A stretch of 63,659 nt of DNA, filler included, from NCBI GenBank assembly GCA_964501035.1. It is 3 parts of 3 records of this genome, joined end to end, with 100 filler letters (N's around TTAATTAATTAA, not from the genome) between each part and the next. Parts side by side here need not be neighbours in the genome. Positions count along the whole stretch, not along the records: positions 1 to 22,532 come from CAZCRK010000019.1; positions 22,633 to 44,981 come from CAZCRK010000020.1; 1 more part is not named here. One strand, given 5' to 3'. Both the position numbers and the translations under genes were made by a program. The number at the start of each line of letters is the position of its first letter. The first letter of the stretch is position 1. Shown piece after piece: positions 20,319 through 31,045 of the stretch. The notes below the pieces were generated by a model. That model saw only the letters and a list, made by a program, of their open reading frames with translations, had not been told where the DNA came from and searched no databases.

Positions 20319-21552
20319 TATGAAAGAAAATCAACGAAAAAAACCAATTATCTGTTCCTTTTGCGGTTCTCCTGAAACCGACATTGAATTTTTAGTAGAA
20401 GGGGATAACGCATATATTTGTGATAGGTGTGTGGACAAAGCGGGGGATATTGTTCGTGAAAACATGAAGAAGCAATATATTGATAGTCATTTAACGATGA
20501 AAAAGCCCCAATCTATCAAACATGAGTTAGATCAACATATTATTGGACAAGAACAAGCAAAACGTACGGTTTCTGTTGCTGTGTATAATCATTTTAAACG
20601 TATTAGCACTCGTTATGATAGAAATGATGTTGAAATTGAAAAAAGTAATATTTTATTAGTGGGTCCAACAGGAACGGGTAAAACATTAATTGCAAAAACG
20701 TTAGCAAAATTATTAAACGTTCCATTTGCAATTGCTGATGCTACCGTTTTGACAGAGGCAGGGTACGTTGGAGAAGATGTCGAAAATATTTTAGTTCGAC
20801 TTTTTCAATCTGCTGACTATGATGTGAATCGTGCCGAAATGGGTATTATTTACATTGATGAAATTGATAAAATCGCTCGTAAGGACGGCAACCCATCCAT
20901 TACTCGTGATGTTTCTGGCGAAGGTGTTCAACAAGCATTACTAAAAATGTTAGAGGGTACACACGCAAACATACCACCTAAAGGTGGACGAAAACATCCT
21001 GAGCAACCTTTGGTTACTATTAATACTAAAAATGTTTTATTTATTTGTGGTGGTGCATTTCAAGGATTAGAAGATATTATTGATAAAAGATTGACGGGTG
21101 GTGGAATTGGATTTGACAGAGATGTAAAAACAAAGATAGATGATTCTCATCATTTTATTCATGCTAGACCCGACGATTTATTAAAATATGGTTTTATTCC
21201 TGAGTTGATAGGTCGTTTGCCAGTTTTAGCTCCATTGGAAGAACTTTCTGATGAAGCGCTACTTTCAATATTAACAGAACCCCAAAATGCTTTAGTAAAA
21301 CAATATCAACGTTTGATGGAATTAGAAAAAATTCATTTAGAGTTTACCCCACAGGCACTCAAAGAAATTGTAAAGTTAGCAAAAGAGAGAAAAACTGGTG
21401 CAAGAGCATTACGTTCAATTCTTGAAGATATCATGTTAGATATTATGTATGAAGCACCTTCAATGGTAAATATTGACACGTGTATTATTACAGATTCAGT
21501 CATCAGAAAAGAAAATAAAGCTGAGTTTAAACTACTCAAAAAATCTGCATAG
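20311..21552 (+). CDS. clpX: Clp protease ATP-binding subunit
   Basis: CSFCG zinc finger, [34 protein letters not shown]. Confidence 0.98.
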   Translation: MVNMKENQRKKPIICSFCGSPETDIEFLVEGDNAYICDRCVDKAGDIVRENMKKQYIDSHLTMKKPQSIKHELDQHIIGQEQAKRTVSVAVYNHFKRISTRYDRNDVEIEKSNILLVGPTGTGKTLIAKTLAKLLNVPFAIADATVLTEAGYVGEDVENILVRLFQSADYDVNRAEMGIIYIDEIDKIARKDGNPSITRDVSGEGVQQALLKMLEGTHANIPPKGGRKHPEQPLVTINTKNVLFICGGAFQGLEDIIDKRLTGGGIGFDRDVKTKIDDSHHFIHARPDDLLKYGFIPELIGRLPVLAPLEELSDEALLSILTEPQNALVKQYQRLMELEKIHLEFTPQALKEIVKLAKERKTGARALRSILEDIMLDIMYEAPSMVNIDTCIITDSVIRKENKAEFKLLKKSA

Positions 21553-21703
21553 TCGATAATCTTCACCCCTTTTTTTAAACTGTCGTTTAAGAATAATCAC
21601 CTTTCATAAATACTTTTATGTAATAAATCACATTTTTAATATATTTTAAAAGTGTATATTTAGAGCTGGAATTTGTTTAATTTTTTATAATTGAGGAGGA
21701 AAA

Positions 21704-22532
21704 ATGATTAATCATATATCAAAATATTTAACAGTATTGGCAATAGCTACATTTGGTTTTGCAACAGATGTAAATGTTTCAATTACCGATTTTACTGAAG
21801 GAAATTTAGAAATTTCCATTGAGAGCAATGAAGATATTGCAGGTTTTCAGTTTAATATTGAATCTGATTTATCCGATATGGAAGTTGGTAGTATTGCAGG
21901 TGGACTCGCTCAAGCAGCAGGATTTACTGTATCTGTTGGTGGAGGTACTGTACTTGGATTTTCTTTTAGTGGAGCTGTTATCCCTGCTGGTTCGGGTGTA
22001 TTATGCTATGCAGCGATTGGTACTTCTGCAGAAAGTGGTTCATTTAGTTTAACAAATGGTGTTTTTTCTGACCCAGGTGGGAATAATTTGAGCTTTGATT
22101 TAGGTGGCTCATATTCTTTTGGTGAAGTTTCAACAAGCTTCATTGACATTACCTATTCAAGTGATGCAGATATAGCTGGATTCCAATTTGATGTAGATGG
22201 CGTTGAGTTATTGGGAGCATCAGGTGGTAGTGCAGAAGCTGCAGGCTTTAGTACATCCGTTGGTGGAGGTACTGTACTTGGATTTTCTTTTAGTGGAGCA
22301 ACGATAGCAGCAGGAAGTGGAATACTAACTACCTTAGAAGTACAAGGAGATGGAGCATGTATTTCTGGTCTTGTATTATCAGGCGTTGGTGGAACCACAT
22401 TAGATGCAGATGTAGTGGATTGTACAGGTATACATTATGGAGCACCATGTGAAGATGCAGATGGTGATGATATCTGTGATGATGTAGATGATTGTGTTGG
22501 AGCTTATGACGAATGTGGTGTGTGTAATGGTG
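21704..22532 (+). CDS. Secreted protein with two cohesin-like repeats and the start of Cys/Asp-rich repeats; truncated at contig end
   Basis: Signal peptide; two DIAGFQF...AAGF.VSVGGGTVLGFSFSGA.I.AGSG.L units (41 bp identical at 21935-21975 and 22259-22299); CEDADGDDICDDVDDCVGAYDECGVCNG. Strong RBS GAGGAGG. Confidence 0.7.
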
Positions 22533-22632
22533 NNNNNNNNNNNNNNNNNNNNNNNNNNNNNNNNNNNNNNNNNNNNTTAATTAATTAANNNNNNNNNNNN
22601 NNNNNNNNNNNNNNNNNNNNNNNNNNNNNNNN
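22533..22632. other. Artificial contig linker (N44-TTAATTAATTAA-N44)
   Basis: All-frame stop linker embedded in Ns. Confidence 0.95.
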
Positions 22633-22713
22633 CCTCCCTCTAGTTTAGTGTAACTTCTCGCATTAAAAATTTTATAAATATTCACACTACAACATTTAGG
22701 TTGGGGTTTAAAT

Positions 22714-23403
22714 ATGAGTGATATACCATTTATTTCTTATCAAAATTGGGTACCATCATGTTTATTTGCGTTACAAAGCAAACAAATATTGGGTTCACAA
22801 CAGGTAAATGTGGAAATTCAGCGGTCTAAACTTGCAGAAGAATTAGATATTCCATATTCAAAATTGGCAGTACCATATCAAGTACATTCTTCGCGAGTTC
22901 AATGGGCGGAGCATGGTGGGTTTTACCCAGAAACCGACGGTCTTATTACCGATAATAAACAAGTGGTCTTATCACTTCAAACTGCAGATTGTGTCCCCAT
23001 ATTTTTAGTTGACTCAACCATGCAGATTTTTGGTCTAGTCCATGCAGGTTGGCGTGGAACAGTAAGTAAAATTACAAACGTAGCTCTCCAAATGATGATC
23101 GAAAAAGGGTGCAAGCCCGAAAACATAAGAATGATTTTAGGTACTTCAATTAAACAATGTTGCTACGAAGTGAGTGAGGATGTAGCCAATAAGTTTGATA
23201 TCTCGTGTGTGAATACCGAAAATGGTTCTTTTTTTGTATCAATCGATAAGCAAATTTCACTGCATGCCATGAACCTTGGTGTGTTAAAAGACAATATTCA
23301 TATCTCACTTACCTGCACATTTGAATCAAGTGAATGTTGCAGTTACCGCAGAGATGGTGAAAAATCTGGCAGAATGATATCATTTATGGGTGTGCATCAG
23401 TGA
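22714..23403 (+). CDS. pgeF: PgeF/YfiH laccase-domain protein (purine nucleoside phosphorylase family)
   Basis: QVHS, DGLIT, TADCVPI, HAGWRG, CCYEV, SYRRDG. Confidence 0.9.
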   Translation: MSDIPFISYQNWVPSCLFALQSKQILGSQQVNVEIQRSKLAEELDIPYSKLAVPYQVHSSRVQWAEHGGFYPETDGLITDNKQVVLSLQTADCVPIFLVDSTMQIFGLVHAGWRGTVSKITNVALQMMIEKGCKPENIRMILGTSIKQCCYEVSEDVANKFDISCVNTENGSFFVSIDKQISLHAMNLGVLKDNIHISLTCTFESSECCSYRRDGEKSGRMISFMGVHQ

Positions 23404-24164
23404 GTGTTTTTGACACAATTGTTTTAGGTATTGTTCAGGGCTTAACAGAGTTTTTGCCAATCAGCAGTTCTGGGCATTTGGTGATTGGGCAGGCATTACT
23501 AGGGTTTAACAAACCAGGGTTGGTTCTAGAAGTTGTTTTACACTTGGGTACGTTGGTTGCAATTCTTATGTATTTTAGAGATAAGATTAAACAGAATATT
23601 GTTGATATTTTTCAAAAAGATATGGAGTCAATTCAACTGCTGATACATATCATTATTGCTACAATTCCAGCTGGAGTCATTGGTATACTGTTTAAGGATA
23701 AATTTGATTCTCTGTTCACAGTGCAAACAGTGGGATTTACATTATTAACAACTGGGTTGGTTCTATTGTTTACTAAAAACATAGGACAAAAAAGTAAAGC
23801 AATAACTTGGAGGATTGCTCTGTTAGTTGGCATAGCACAAGCATGTGCAATATTACCGGGAATCTCACGTTCTGGCATCACGATTGCAACAGCCCTATTT
23901 TTAGGCGTAACCCGTGAAGAATCTGCAGAATTTTCATTTTTACTGGCAATTCCTGCATTGTTAGGTGCTGGTATATTAAGTATTGGTGATATCGTAGGCA
24001 TGACGAACCAAAATACAATGGCATTATTTTTTGGATTTATTGCTTCCGTTGTATCAGGATATATGGTAATTGGTTGGTTAATGTCATTAATTTCACAACG
24101 TCGTTTTTGGATATTTTCACTGTATTGCATTCCATTAGGGTTAACCATAATATGGCTAAATTAA
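23400..24164 (+). CDS. uppP: Undecaprenyl-diphosphatase
   Basis: GIVQGLTEFLPISSSGHL, PGISRSGITI, FSFLLAIPA. Confidence 0.95.
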   Translation: MSVFDTIVLGIVQGLTEFLPISSSGHLVIGQALLGFNKPGLVLEVVLHLGTLVAILMYFRDKIKQNIVDIFQKDMESIQLLIHIIIATIPAGVIGILFKDKFDSLFTVQTVGFTLLTTGLVLLFTKNIGQKSKAITWRIALLVGIAQACAILPGISRSGITIATALFLGVTREESAEFSFLLAIPALLGAGILSIGDIVGMTNQNTMALFFGFIASVVSGYMVIGWLMSLISQRRFWIFSLYCIPLGLTIIWLN

Positions 24165-25150
24165 GCGTTAAAAAAGCACTAACCACGGGTCAAGTGATTC
24201 GGCGAATTCAAGCCGGAGAGTTTTCTGGCGTCTATTCTCTTTTTGGGAATGATTCGTTTTTACAAGATTTTATCCTTACAGAGCTAGAGCAGAAATTCTT
24301 GAATGGGAGTGGAGCTAAATTCCATTATTCATTGGGTGATGATAATGAGTCGAGCATGTTTGGGGAACTTTCTGCATATTCTTTGTTTGAAGAAAAACGT
24401 TTGTTTGTTGTTCGCCAAGTTCAACGTTTAACCAAAGATGGAAGAAAGGCTCTGGAGGAATATATTCAATCACCAAATTCAAATAATTGCGTAGTGGTTA
24501 TTTCTGAGGAATATAATACTCAAAAATCAATACTTAAAATGTTGGCATCAACCACTGATTTAGTCGATGTACGACCCCCATTTGCAAATAAAATGCGTGA
24601 ATGGGTTGGGTATATTGTTAAAGTTCGTAATATTCATATTTCCCCTTCAATAATAGATGAATTTATGAATCAATTTGGAGATTCAATTTCGAATGTCATC
24701 AATGAGATTGAGAAAGCCCAACTCATGATTGGTATGGATGAAACAATTGATGAAACAACATTGGCTGATATTTCATTTTGGAATAGGGGGTTTCAAACAT
24801 GGAATTTGCAAGAGAGCATTGGATCTCGAAATTGCAATAAATCATTGAAAATTTTCTCATCGTTACTAGAAAATGGTACACCCCTCACATCTATTGTTAT
24901 TACCATGTATAATTTGTTTCAAATTATGTTATGGAAAATGATGGGGCATTCCCCGAGAAATACTTGGATGGTGAATGCAGTAATTCAACGAAATTTAGAT
25001 GCATATTGTCGTAAATTTACCATGGAAGAAATTCAAGAAATCATTTGTGATTTACGGAAAGCGGACTTGCTTCTTAAATCAACAAGCTTGTCACATCACA
25101 ATATTTTTCAACCAATGATTATTAAAATGTGTAAGGGGTTGTATGTCTGA
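24152..25150 (+). CDS. holA: DNA polymerase III delta subunit
   Basis: VYSLFGNDSFL, SLFEEKRLFVV, INEIEK, DLLLKST; about 330 aa. Confidence 0.8.
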   Translation: MAKLSVKKALTTGQVIRRIQAGEFSGVYSLFGNDSFLQDFILTELEQKFLNGSGAKFHYSLGDDNESSMFGELSAYSLFEEKRLFVVRQVQRLTKDGRKALEEYIQSPNSNNCVVVISEEYNTQKSILKMLASTTDLVDVRPPFANKMREWVGYIVKVRNIHISPSIIDEFMNQFGDSISNVINEIEKAQLMIGMDETIDETTLADISFWNRGFQTWNLQESIGSRNCNKSLKIFSSLLENGTPLTSIVITMYNLFQIMLWKMMGHSPRNTWMVNAVIQRNLDAYCRKFTMEEIQEIICDLRKADLLLKSTSLSHHNIFQPMIIKMCKGLYV

Positions 25151-25724
25151 TTTTCAAGTTTCAGATGAAGTGTTAATAAAGCAATTTCAGGATGGGGATG
25201 TTCGCTCCTACAATGAAATTGTTCACAGATATAAAGATAGATTATTGAATTTCATATATGGATTCCTTCATGATTTAGATAAGTCAGAAGATTTAGTTCA
25301 AGATACCCTTTTGAAAGTTTATACGCATAAGCATTCGTACCAAGAAATTGCCAAATTTTCCACATGGCTTTACACTATTGCAGGTAATTTAGCTCGGACT
25401 GAGTTAAGAAAACTAAAACGAAGAAAAACTTTCTCGGTTACCGACCTAAGTTATGAGGATAGAGAGTTCATAATTCAAAGCTCAGATGCAGATCCAAGTG
25501 AAGCCAATGATTCAATTGATTTTCAGAAAAATGTTCAACGAGCATTGGTCGAATTACCGACGGATTTTAAAACAATAATTATTTTACGAGATATTCAGGA
25601 ACTTTCCTATGATGAGATAAGTAAAATCGTCGGAGTACCTCTTGGAACGGTTAAATCTCGCATAAATAGGGGTAGATTAAAGTTGCAAACATTACTAAAA
25701 GAAAAGGGAGAAAGACCAAGCTGA
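25143..25724 (+). CDS. ECF sigma-70 factor (RpoE/SigW-like)
   Basis: EDLVQDTLLK, FSTWLYTIA, LSYDEIS...PLGTVKSRINRGR. Confidence 0.93.
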   Translation: MSDFQVSDEVLIKQFQDGDVRSYNEIVHRYKDRLLNFIYGFLHDLDKSEDLVQDTLLKVYTHKHSYQEIAKFSTWLYTIAGNLARTELRKLKRRKTFSVTDLSYEDREFIIQSSDADPSEANDSIDFQKNVQRALVELPTDFKTIIILRDIQELSYDEISKIVGVPLGTVKSRINRGRLKLQTLLKEKGERPS

Positions 25725-26249
25725 ATGAATTGTTACGATTTTGAGACTCATGTCTCTACATACATAGATGGTGAATTAAAATATAATGTTCAAAAAGAAT
25801 TTGTAGAACATAAAAATAATTGTGAAGCCTGTGCGGAAAAACTTTCAGATATTTCCAGTATGATTCAAAACTTAGGTAAAATGCCTCAATTTAAAACATC
25901 TGATACATTTTTTCATAATTTACACAAAAAAATAACAGAATTTGACAACAAGAAACCATCCTTATGGCAACGGTTTCTAGATGGTGGGTTCTTTGGTTTT
26001 GAACCACTACCAGCTGTTGGGTTTGTTTCTGCTTTTGCGTTACTATTAGTTGCGTCATATATGATTTTCCAAATTGATAGTATTCCAGAAGTTAATATAC
26101 AGAAAATTGCAGATACCCAAAACCATCAATCTACACCTATGGAAATGATGCAAAAACAAGGGTATGTTGCAGATGCTGATTCAACGGAAGATGATGAAGA
26201 CGACAATAGATTTGATGGTTCAATTCAACTTGTAGGTGGAAACAAATAA
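25725..26249 (+). CDS. Anti-sigma factor (zf-HC2 plus TM helix)
   Basis: MNC...YIDGEL...EHKNNCEAC motif, one TM segment; directly follows the ECF sigma gene. Confidence 0.85.
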   Translation: MNCYDFETHVSTYIDGELKYNVQKEFVEHKNNCEACAEKLSDISSMIQNLGKMPQFKTSDTFFHNLHKKITEFDNKKPSLWQRFLDGGFFGFEPLPAVGFVSAFALLLVASYMIFQIDSIPEVNIQKIADTQNHQSTPMEMMQKQGYVADADSTEDDEDDNRFDGSIQLVGGNK

Positions 26250-26338
26250 AATATTCGGAAAATGGTAAGTAAAATTCCTAAATTACCTAGCTTATTTAGT
26301 TATAGAATTTTATTAAACAGTGTAGAAGGTTATTAGAA

Positions 26339-26527
26339 ATGGCAAAGAAACAAACATTTGGTGATAAGACTGCAAAAGGCAAAAACTCAGGAAAGGATCA
26401 TATTAAATTGATTCATTCTGTTATTTCTCCTGACTCAGGTGCGTTACGTTTCGCGGAAGAAATGATTCGAGTTCCAGAAGGAGAAAATCCAGATTCTTTT
26501 GCAAAAAACCAATTTTCAAAAAAATAA
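26339..26527 (+). CDS. DUF4295-like small basic protein
   Basis: MAKKQTFGDK...IKLIHSVISPDSGALRFAEEM. Confidence 0.65.
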   Translation: MAKKQTFGDKTAKGKNSGKDHIKLIHSVISPDSGALRFAEEMIRVPEGENPDSFAKNQFSKK

Positions 26528-26547
26528 TGGGTGTTATAAAATGATTG

Positions 26548-26577
26548 AAATAGGAGGGTTTAAACCCTCCTATTTTT
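26548..26577 (+). terminator. Intrinsic terminator
   Basis: Palindrome AAATAGGAGGGTTTAAACCCTCCTATTT followed by T's. Confidence 0.75.
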
Positions 26578-26591
26578 GTATATTGAAAAAA

Positions 26592-28154
26592 ATGAGTAAA
26601 CGATTCATATTAATTTTTATTGGATTAATCTGTGGAGTTTTTGCAGAGACCAACACCCCCAATGGAAAAACCTTCGAATTATTTTTGCTTGCAGAATATG
26701 AACGACTCAATGAAAACTATCCTTCGGCATTATCAAAATATAAATCAGTTCTGAGATCTAATAAAAGTTCGTCCACTCTTCATAAAACCATAGCAGAAAT
26801 ATATTTTCAACAAGGCAATAATTCTAAAGCTTTAAACCACCTACAATCTTCTTTTCAGTTAGATAAACATGATATTCAAGCAGGAGTTATGCTGTTTCAG
26901 TCAACTTTGTTTGAAGGGGACACCTTAGAATCCGAAGTGATTTTAGACACCTTAATTTATCATAATCCTGAAGAAATTGAATTTCTGTATTATAAAGCAG
27001 ACCTTCAAGTTAAACAGTTGAATTGGAATGGGTTGATTGATACATATAAAAAAATATTTATTCATAATCCATCTAATACAGAGTTACTCCAAAAAATTAT
27101 TGAAATTGGCAAGGCAATAGATGATTCCAATATTCTAAAGAATACTCTTGAGGATATTTTAGATTATGATAAAAAAAATTATGTAGTACTCCAAGCTCTC
27201 GCCCAATTTCATTATACAAAAGGTGATTTAGAATCTGCTGTAAAATATTTTGTAAAAATGATACCAGTTGCTGAAGATAAATTAGCTGTTTTATTAGCTG
27301 TTTCAGATATTTACTTAAGAATAAATAAACCAAAAGTTTCCCTGACATACCTTGAACCGTTACTCAAGACAGAAACCAATTCGTTTGATATTTTACATAT
27401 AGCTTTGATTGCATATACTGCTGTTGAAAATTCCGAAAAACAAATTGAAATTGGACAGTTAATGATTGAATATTTTCCCGAAAAACTAACGGGATTTGAA
27501 ACGCTTGCTTATGCATATATTGAAAATGAAGCATATGTGGATGCATTAAATATTTTAGATGATGCTATTTCACGGTTTCCTGAGAAATCACTATTTTTCT
27601 ATTTAATTGGCTCTATTCATAGGGTGCATAAAAGTTATAACAATGCAAAACAATATTTTGCCAGTGCATTGGATTTGACACCGGATTCACGTACTATCAG
27701 ATATGCTTTAGCAACAGTTTCTGAGGAGTTATTAGATTTTTCTCTAACGGATAGTTTGTTTGAGTTAATTATCTCAAATGATGAAAATGATGTAGGTGCA
27801 TTAAATGATTATGCATACATAATTAGTGAAAGAAACCCCATTGTTCAAAATAAACTGGAATATGCATTAGGTTTGGCCACCAGAGCTGTGGAAGAATCGC
27901 CTGAAAATCCAGCATTTTTAGACACAATTGGTTGGATATATTTTCGTTTGAATAAGTTTGATAAAGCACATGAATTTATCCAAAAAAGTATTGAATTAGA
28001 TTCTGATAATACTATCATTCTCGAACATTATGGGGATGTACTCGTAAAAATTGGCGATTTTGATACTGCCAAAAATATGTATAAAAAAGCTCTTGAAATT
28101 GATTCAAGTAACTTAATTTTACGTGATAAAATAGAGCAAATAAAAGATGAATGA
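26592..28154 (+). CDS. Secreted tetratricopeptide-repeat protein
   Basis: Signal peptide MSKRFILIFIGLICG; TPR pattern; ALNDYAY, FLDTIGWIYF, EHYGDVL. Confidence 0.85.
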   Translation: MSKRFILIFIGLICGVFAETNTPNGKTFELFLLAEYERLNENYPSALSKYKSVLRSNKSSSTLHKTIAEIYFQQGNNSKALNHLQSSFQLDKHDIQAGVMLFQSTLFEGDTLESEVILDTLIYHNPEEIEFLYYKADLQVKQLNWNGLIDTYKKIFIHNPSNTELLQKIIEIGKAIDDSNILKNTLEDILDYDKKNYVVLQALAQFHYTKGDLESAVKYFVKMIPVAEDKLAVLLAVSDIYLRINKPKVSLTYLEPLLKTETNSFDILHIALIAYTAVENSEKQIEIGQLMIEYFPEKLTGFETLAYAYIENEAYVDALNILDDAISRFPEKSLFFYLIGSIHRVHKSYNNAKQYFASALDLTPDSRTIRYALATVSEELLDFSLTDSLFELIISNDENDVGALNDYAYIISERNPIVQNKLEYALGLATRAVEESPENPAFLDTIGWIYFRLNKFDKAHEFIQKSIELDSDNTIILEHYGDVLVKIGDFDTAKNMYKKALEIDSSNLILRDKIEQIKDE

Positions 28155-29085
28155 ACAATCTCTTAGTATTTTAATCCCTGTTTTTAATGAAGAGGGGTCA
28201 CTTAAAGAACTATTTGAACAAATTTTAATTTCAGTTAGTGAAATTGAAAATTGGGAAGTTATATTTATTGATGATGGTAGTAACGATAATTCAATATCCA
28301 TTTTAAAAGAAATATCAGATTCAAACTCGCATGTTAAAGTAATTCAATTTTACAAAAATTTTGGTAAATCTGATGCCCTGTCTGAAGGGTTTAAAACAGC
28401 AAAAGGTGATATTGTCATTACCATGGATGCAGATTTACAAGATGATCCATCTGAAATCCCTAACCTTATGAAAAAAGTATCTGAAGGATGGGATGTAGTT
28501 TCTGGGTGGAAAAAGAAACGACATGACCCAATTTCAAAACGATGGCCTTCAAAAATATTTAATAAAGTTACGCGTTTGCTAACGGGTGTTCATATCCACG
28601 ATTTTAACTGTGGATTAAAAGCATATCGTTTAAAAGTTGTTAAAGCTATTGAGCTGTATGGTGGATTACATAGGTATATACCTGCAATTGCATCACAAAA
28701 AGGGTTTTCAGTAACTGAAATTGAAGTCAATCATAGACCTCGTGAACATGGTGAAACAAAATATGGTGGAGCAAGGTATTTTCATGGATTTTTTGATTTA
28801 TTAACGGTGATATTTCTCGGGAAATATTTCTCTCGTCCACTACATTTTTTTGGATTTATTGGATTAATATTTTCAATTATTGGAATGGGAATAAATCTCT
28901 ATCTCACTGCAGGCTGGTTTAACGGAAATCCTATCGGAAATCGACCTATATTCTTTTTAGGTATATTACTATTAATTGTTGGAATTCAGTTTTTTTCAAT
29001 CGGTTTGTTGGGTGAATTAATGATACGATATTCTCATAAAAATGAAAAAAGAGTCGAAAAAGTTTTTTCAAATAGTTCAAAATAA
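28147..29085 (+). CDS. GT2 polyprenol-phosphate glycosyltransferase (ArnC/DPM1-like)
   Basis: IPVFNEE, IDDGS, NFGKS, MDADLQDDP, DFNCGLKAY, two C-terminal TMs. Confidence 0.9.
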   Translation: MNEQSLSILIPVFNEEGSLKELFEQILISVSEIENWEVIFIDDGSNDNSISILKEISDSNSHVKVIQFYKNFGKSDALSEGFKTAKGDIVITMDADLQDDPSEIPNLMKKVSEGWDVVSGWKKKRHDPISKRWPSKIFNKVTRLLTGVHIHDFNCGLKAYRLKVVKAIELYGGLHRYIPAIASQKGFSVTEIEVNHRPREHGETKYGGARYFHGFFDLLTVIFLGKYFSRPLHFFGFIGLIFSIIGMGINLYLTAGWFNGNPIGNRPIFFLGILLLIVGIQFFSIGLLGELMIRYSHKNEKRVEKVFSNSSK

Positions 29086-30215
29086 TGCGAATTGCATTTA
29101 TATCAGTTGTCCCTCCTTTTAGAGGTGGAATTGCAAAACATTCAGAGGTTTTAACACGACATTTAGAAAAAAAACATGAAGTAAAAATTTTCAATTACTC
29201 TCGGCAATATCCGAATATTTTGTTTCCAGGAAAATCTCAGTATGAAACGGAAACATCATCAACTTCTTTTGATTTGGAAACCTGTGTTGACTCGATTAAT
29301 CCAATTAGTTGGTTAAAAACTGCAAGAAAAATTAAAGATTATAATCCAAATGTAATTTTATACAGATATTGGAATCCATTTTTTTCACCTACTTTGGGAA
29401 CCATTGCACGCCGGTTAAAGTCAACGTTGCAAAGAACAAAACATATAGCTGTTTGTGACAATATCATTCCTCATGAAACCAAGTGGATGGATACTATTTT
29501 GTCAAAATATTTTATCAAATCAATGGATGGATTTATTGTTCAATCTTCAACTGTAGAGGATGAATTACTTTCTTTTGATTCCTTAGCCAAATTCAGAAAA
29601 GCACCTCACCCAGTCTATAATGCATATATGCCAGCAATTGAAAAAGAAACTGCAAAAGAAAAATTAGGAATCAAAGCAAAAAATATAATCCTGTATTTTG
29701 GTTATGTAAGGCATTACAAAGGATTTGATATATTACTAAATGCAGTCCATAAGTTAAAGAATCAGATGACTGATTTTCATCTGTTAGCAGTGGGTGAATC
29801 GTATGAAGGAGTCGAAAAATATACCTCAATAATTCAATCATTTGGGATTGAAAACGAAGTCACTTGGGTTGATAAGTATGTTCCTGACTCAAAAGTGCAT
29901 GAATATTTTTCTGCAGTAGATGTTGTGGCTCTGCCATACCGTTCTGCTTCTCAAAGTGGTATTGTGCAGTTGGCATATCATTATAATCTACCAGTTGTTG
30001 TTACAAATGTGGGGGGATTGCCAGAAATCGTAGATGAAGGAAAATCAGGTTATGTTGTAAACCCGAACTCACCAGAGGATGTGGCAGATTGTTTATCAAA
30101 AAATTTCAAAGAAGATAATTTTTCAAAAATGCCAACATTCATTGAATCATTTAAGCAACGATATTCTTGGGAAAATATGGTAACCCAAATTGAAGAATTG
30201 GTAAACGAATGCTAA
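29085..30215 (+). CDS. GT4 glycosyltransferase
   Basis: PFRGGI, FGYVRHYKG, LPYRSASQSG, TNVGGLPE. Confidence 0.9.
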   Translation: MRIAFISVVPPFRGGIAKHSEVLTRHLEKKHEVKIFNYSRQYPNILFPGKSQYETETSSTSFDLETCVDSINPISWLKTARKIKDYNPNVILYRYWNPFFSPTLGTIARRLKSTLQRTKHIAVCDNIIPHETKWMDTILSKYFIKSMDGFIVQSSTVEDELLSFDSLAKFRKAPHPVYNAYMPAIEKETAKEKLGIKAKNIILYFGYVRHYKGFDILLNAVHKLKNQMTDFHLLAVGESYEGVEKYTSIIQSFGIENEVTWVDKYVPDSKVHEYFSAVDVVALPYRSASQSGIVQLAYHYNLPVVVTNVGGLPEIVDEGKSGYVVNPNSPEDVADCLSKNFKEDNFSKMPTFIESFKQRYSWENMVTQIEELVNEC

Positions 30216-31045
30216 ACCCACAAATTCATGTGTTAATTCTAAATTGGAATGGATATAAACTCACAAAAGAGTGTGTTGAGTCTGTGTATAAGGCGAAGTA
30301 TTCTAATTTTACTATTTCTGTCATAGATAATAATTCTTCTGATAATTCGGTTGAAAAATTAAAAGTAGATTTCCCATATTTAAATATTATTACTTTGGAT
30401 TTCAACTACGGGTTTGGAAAAGGATATAACAAAGTTTTCAATTATTTAAATTGGCAGGGCGAGTATTACATGCTCTTGAATAATGATACAATTATTTCAC
30501 CAAACTTATTAGAAAAAGTAGCTGAAAAAATAAAGAAGATGGGAGATAAAGTTATTTATGGACCTAAAATTTATTACAGTAAAGATACGTACCAAATTTG
30601 GTATGCTGGTGGAAAAGTAAATTTATTTCTTGGAAAAATTGCACATATTGGCATTCGAAAATATGAACATAAATTTGCCTATAAAAGTAAAACTACAGAT
30701 TATGTTTCAGGATGTTGTCTCGTTGCTCATAGTGATGTCCTGAAACAGTTAAATGGATTTGATGAAGCATTTAACATGTACTCAGAAGATGTGGATTTAT
30801 GTTTACGTGCTAAGAAACTTGGCATTAAATCATATTTTGTTTCCTCTGCCACACTTTACCATAAGGTATCAGCTTCAATGGGTGGTGAGTTAAGTTTGAA
30901 AAAACAGCTTAAGAAGTTTTATTCATTTTTCAAACTTTGTAATTCTCATTTACTGTTTCCACTTTCAATTTTCGGATGGATTCATTATGTGTTAAGGCAA
31001 CCTTTTAGAGTTGTTTCACTTTTAGCTAATAGAATATTATCATGA
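30209..31045 (+). CDS. GT2 glycosyltransferase
   Basis: ILNWNG, IDNNSSD, LLNNDT, GFDEAFNMYSEDVDLCLR. Confidence 0.9.
   Translation: MLNPQIHVLILNWNGYKLTKECVESVYKAKYSNFTISVIDNNSSDNSVEKLKVDFPYLNIITLDFNYGFGKGYNKVFNYLNWQGEYYMLLNNDTIISPNLLEKVAEKIKKMGDKVIYGPKIYYSKDTYQIWYAGGKVNLFLGKIAHIGIRKYEHKFAYKSKTTDYVSGCCLVAHSDVLKQLNGFDEAFNMYSEDVDLCLRAKKLGIKSYFVSSATLYHKVSASMGGELSLKKQLKKFYSFFKLCNSHLLFPLSIFGWIHYVLRQPFRVVSLLANRILS

Noticed and set aside
22533..22632. TTAATTAATTAA palindrome, also at 45026-45037
   Set aside because: Artificial all-frame stop linker between contigs.
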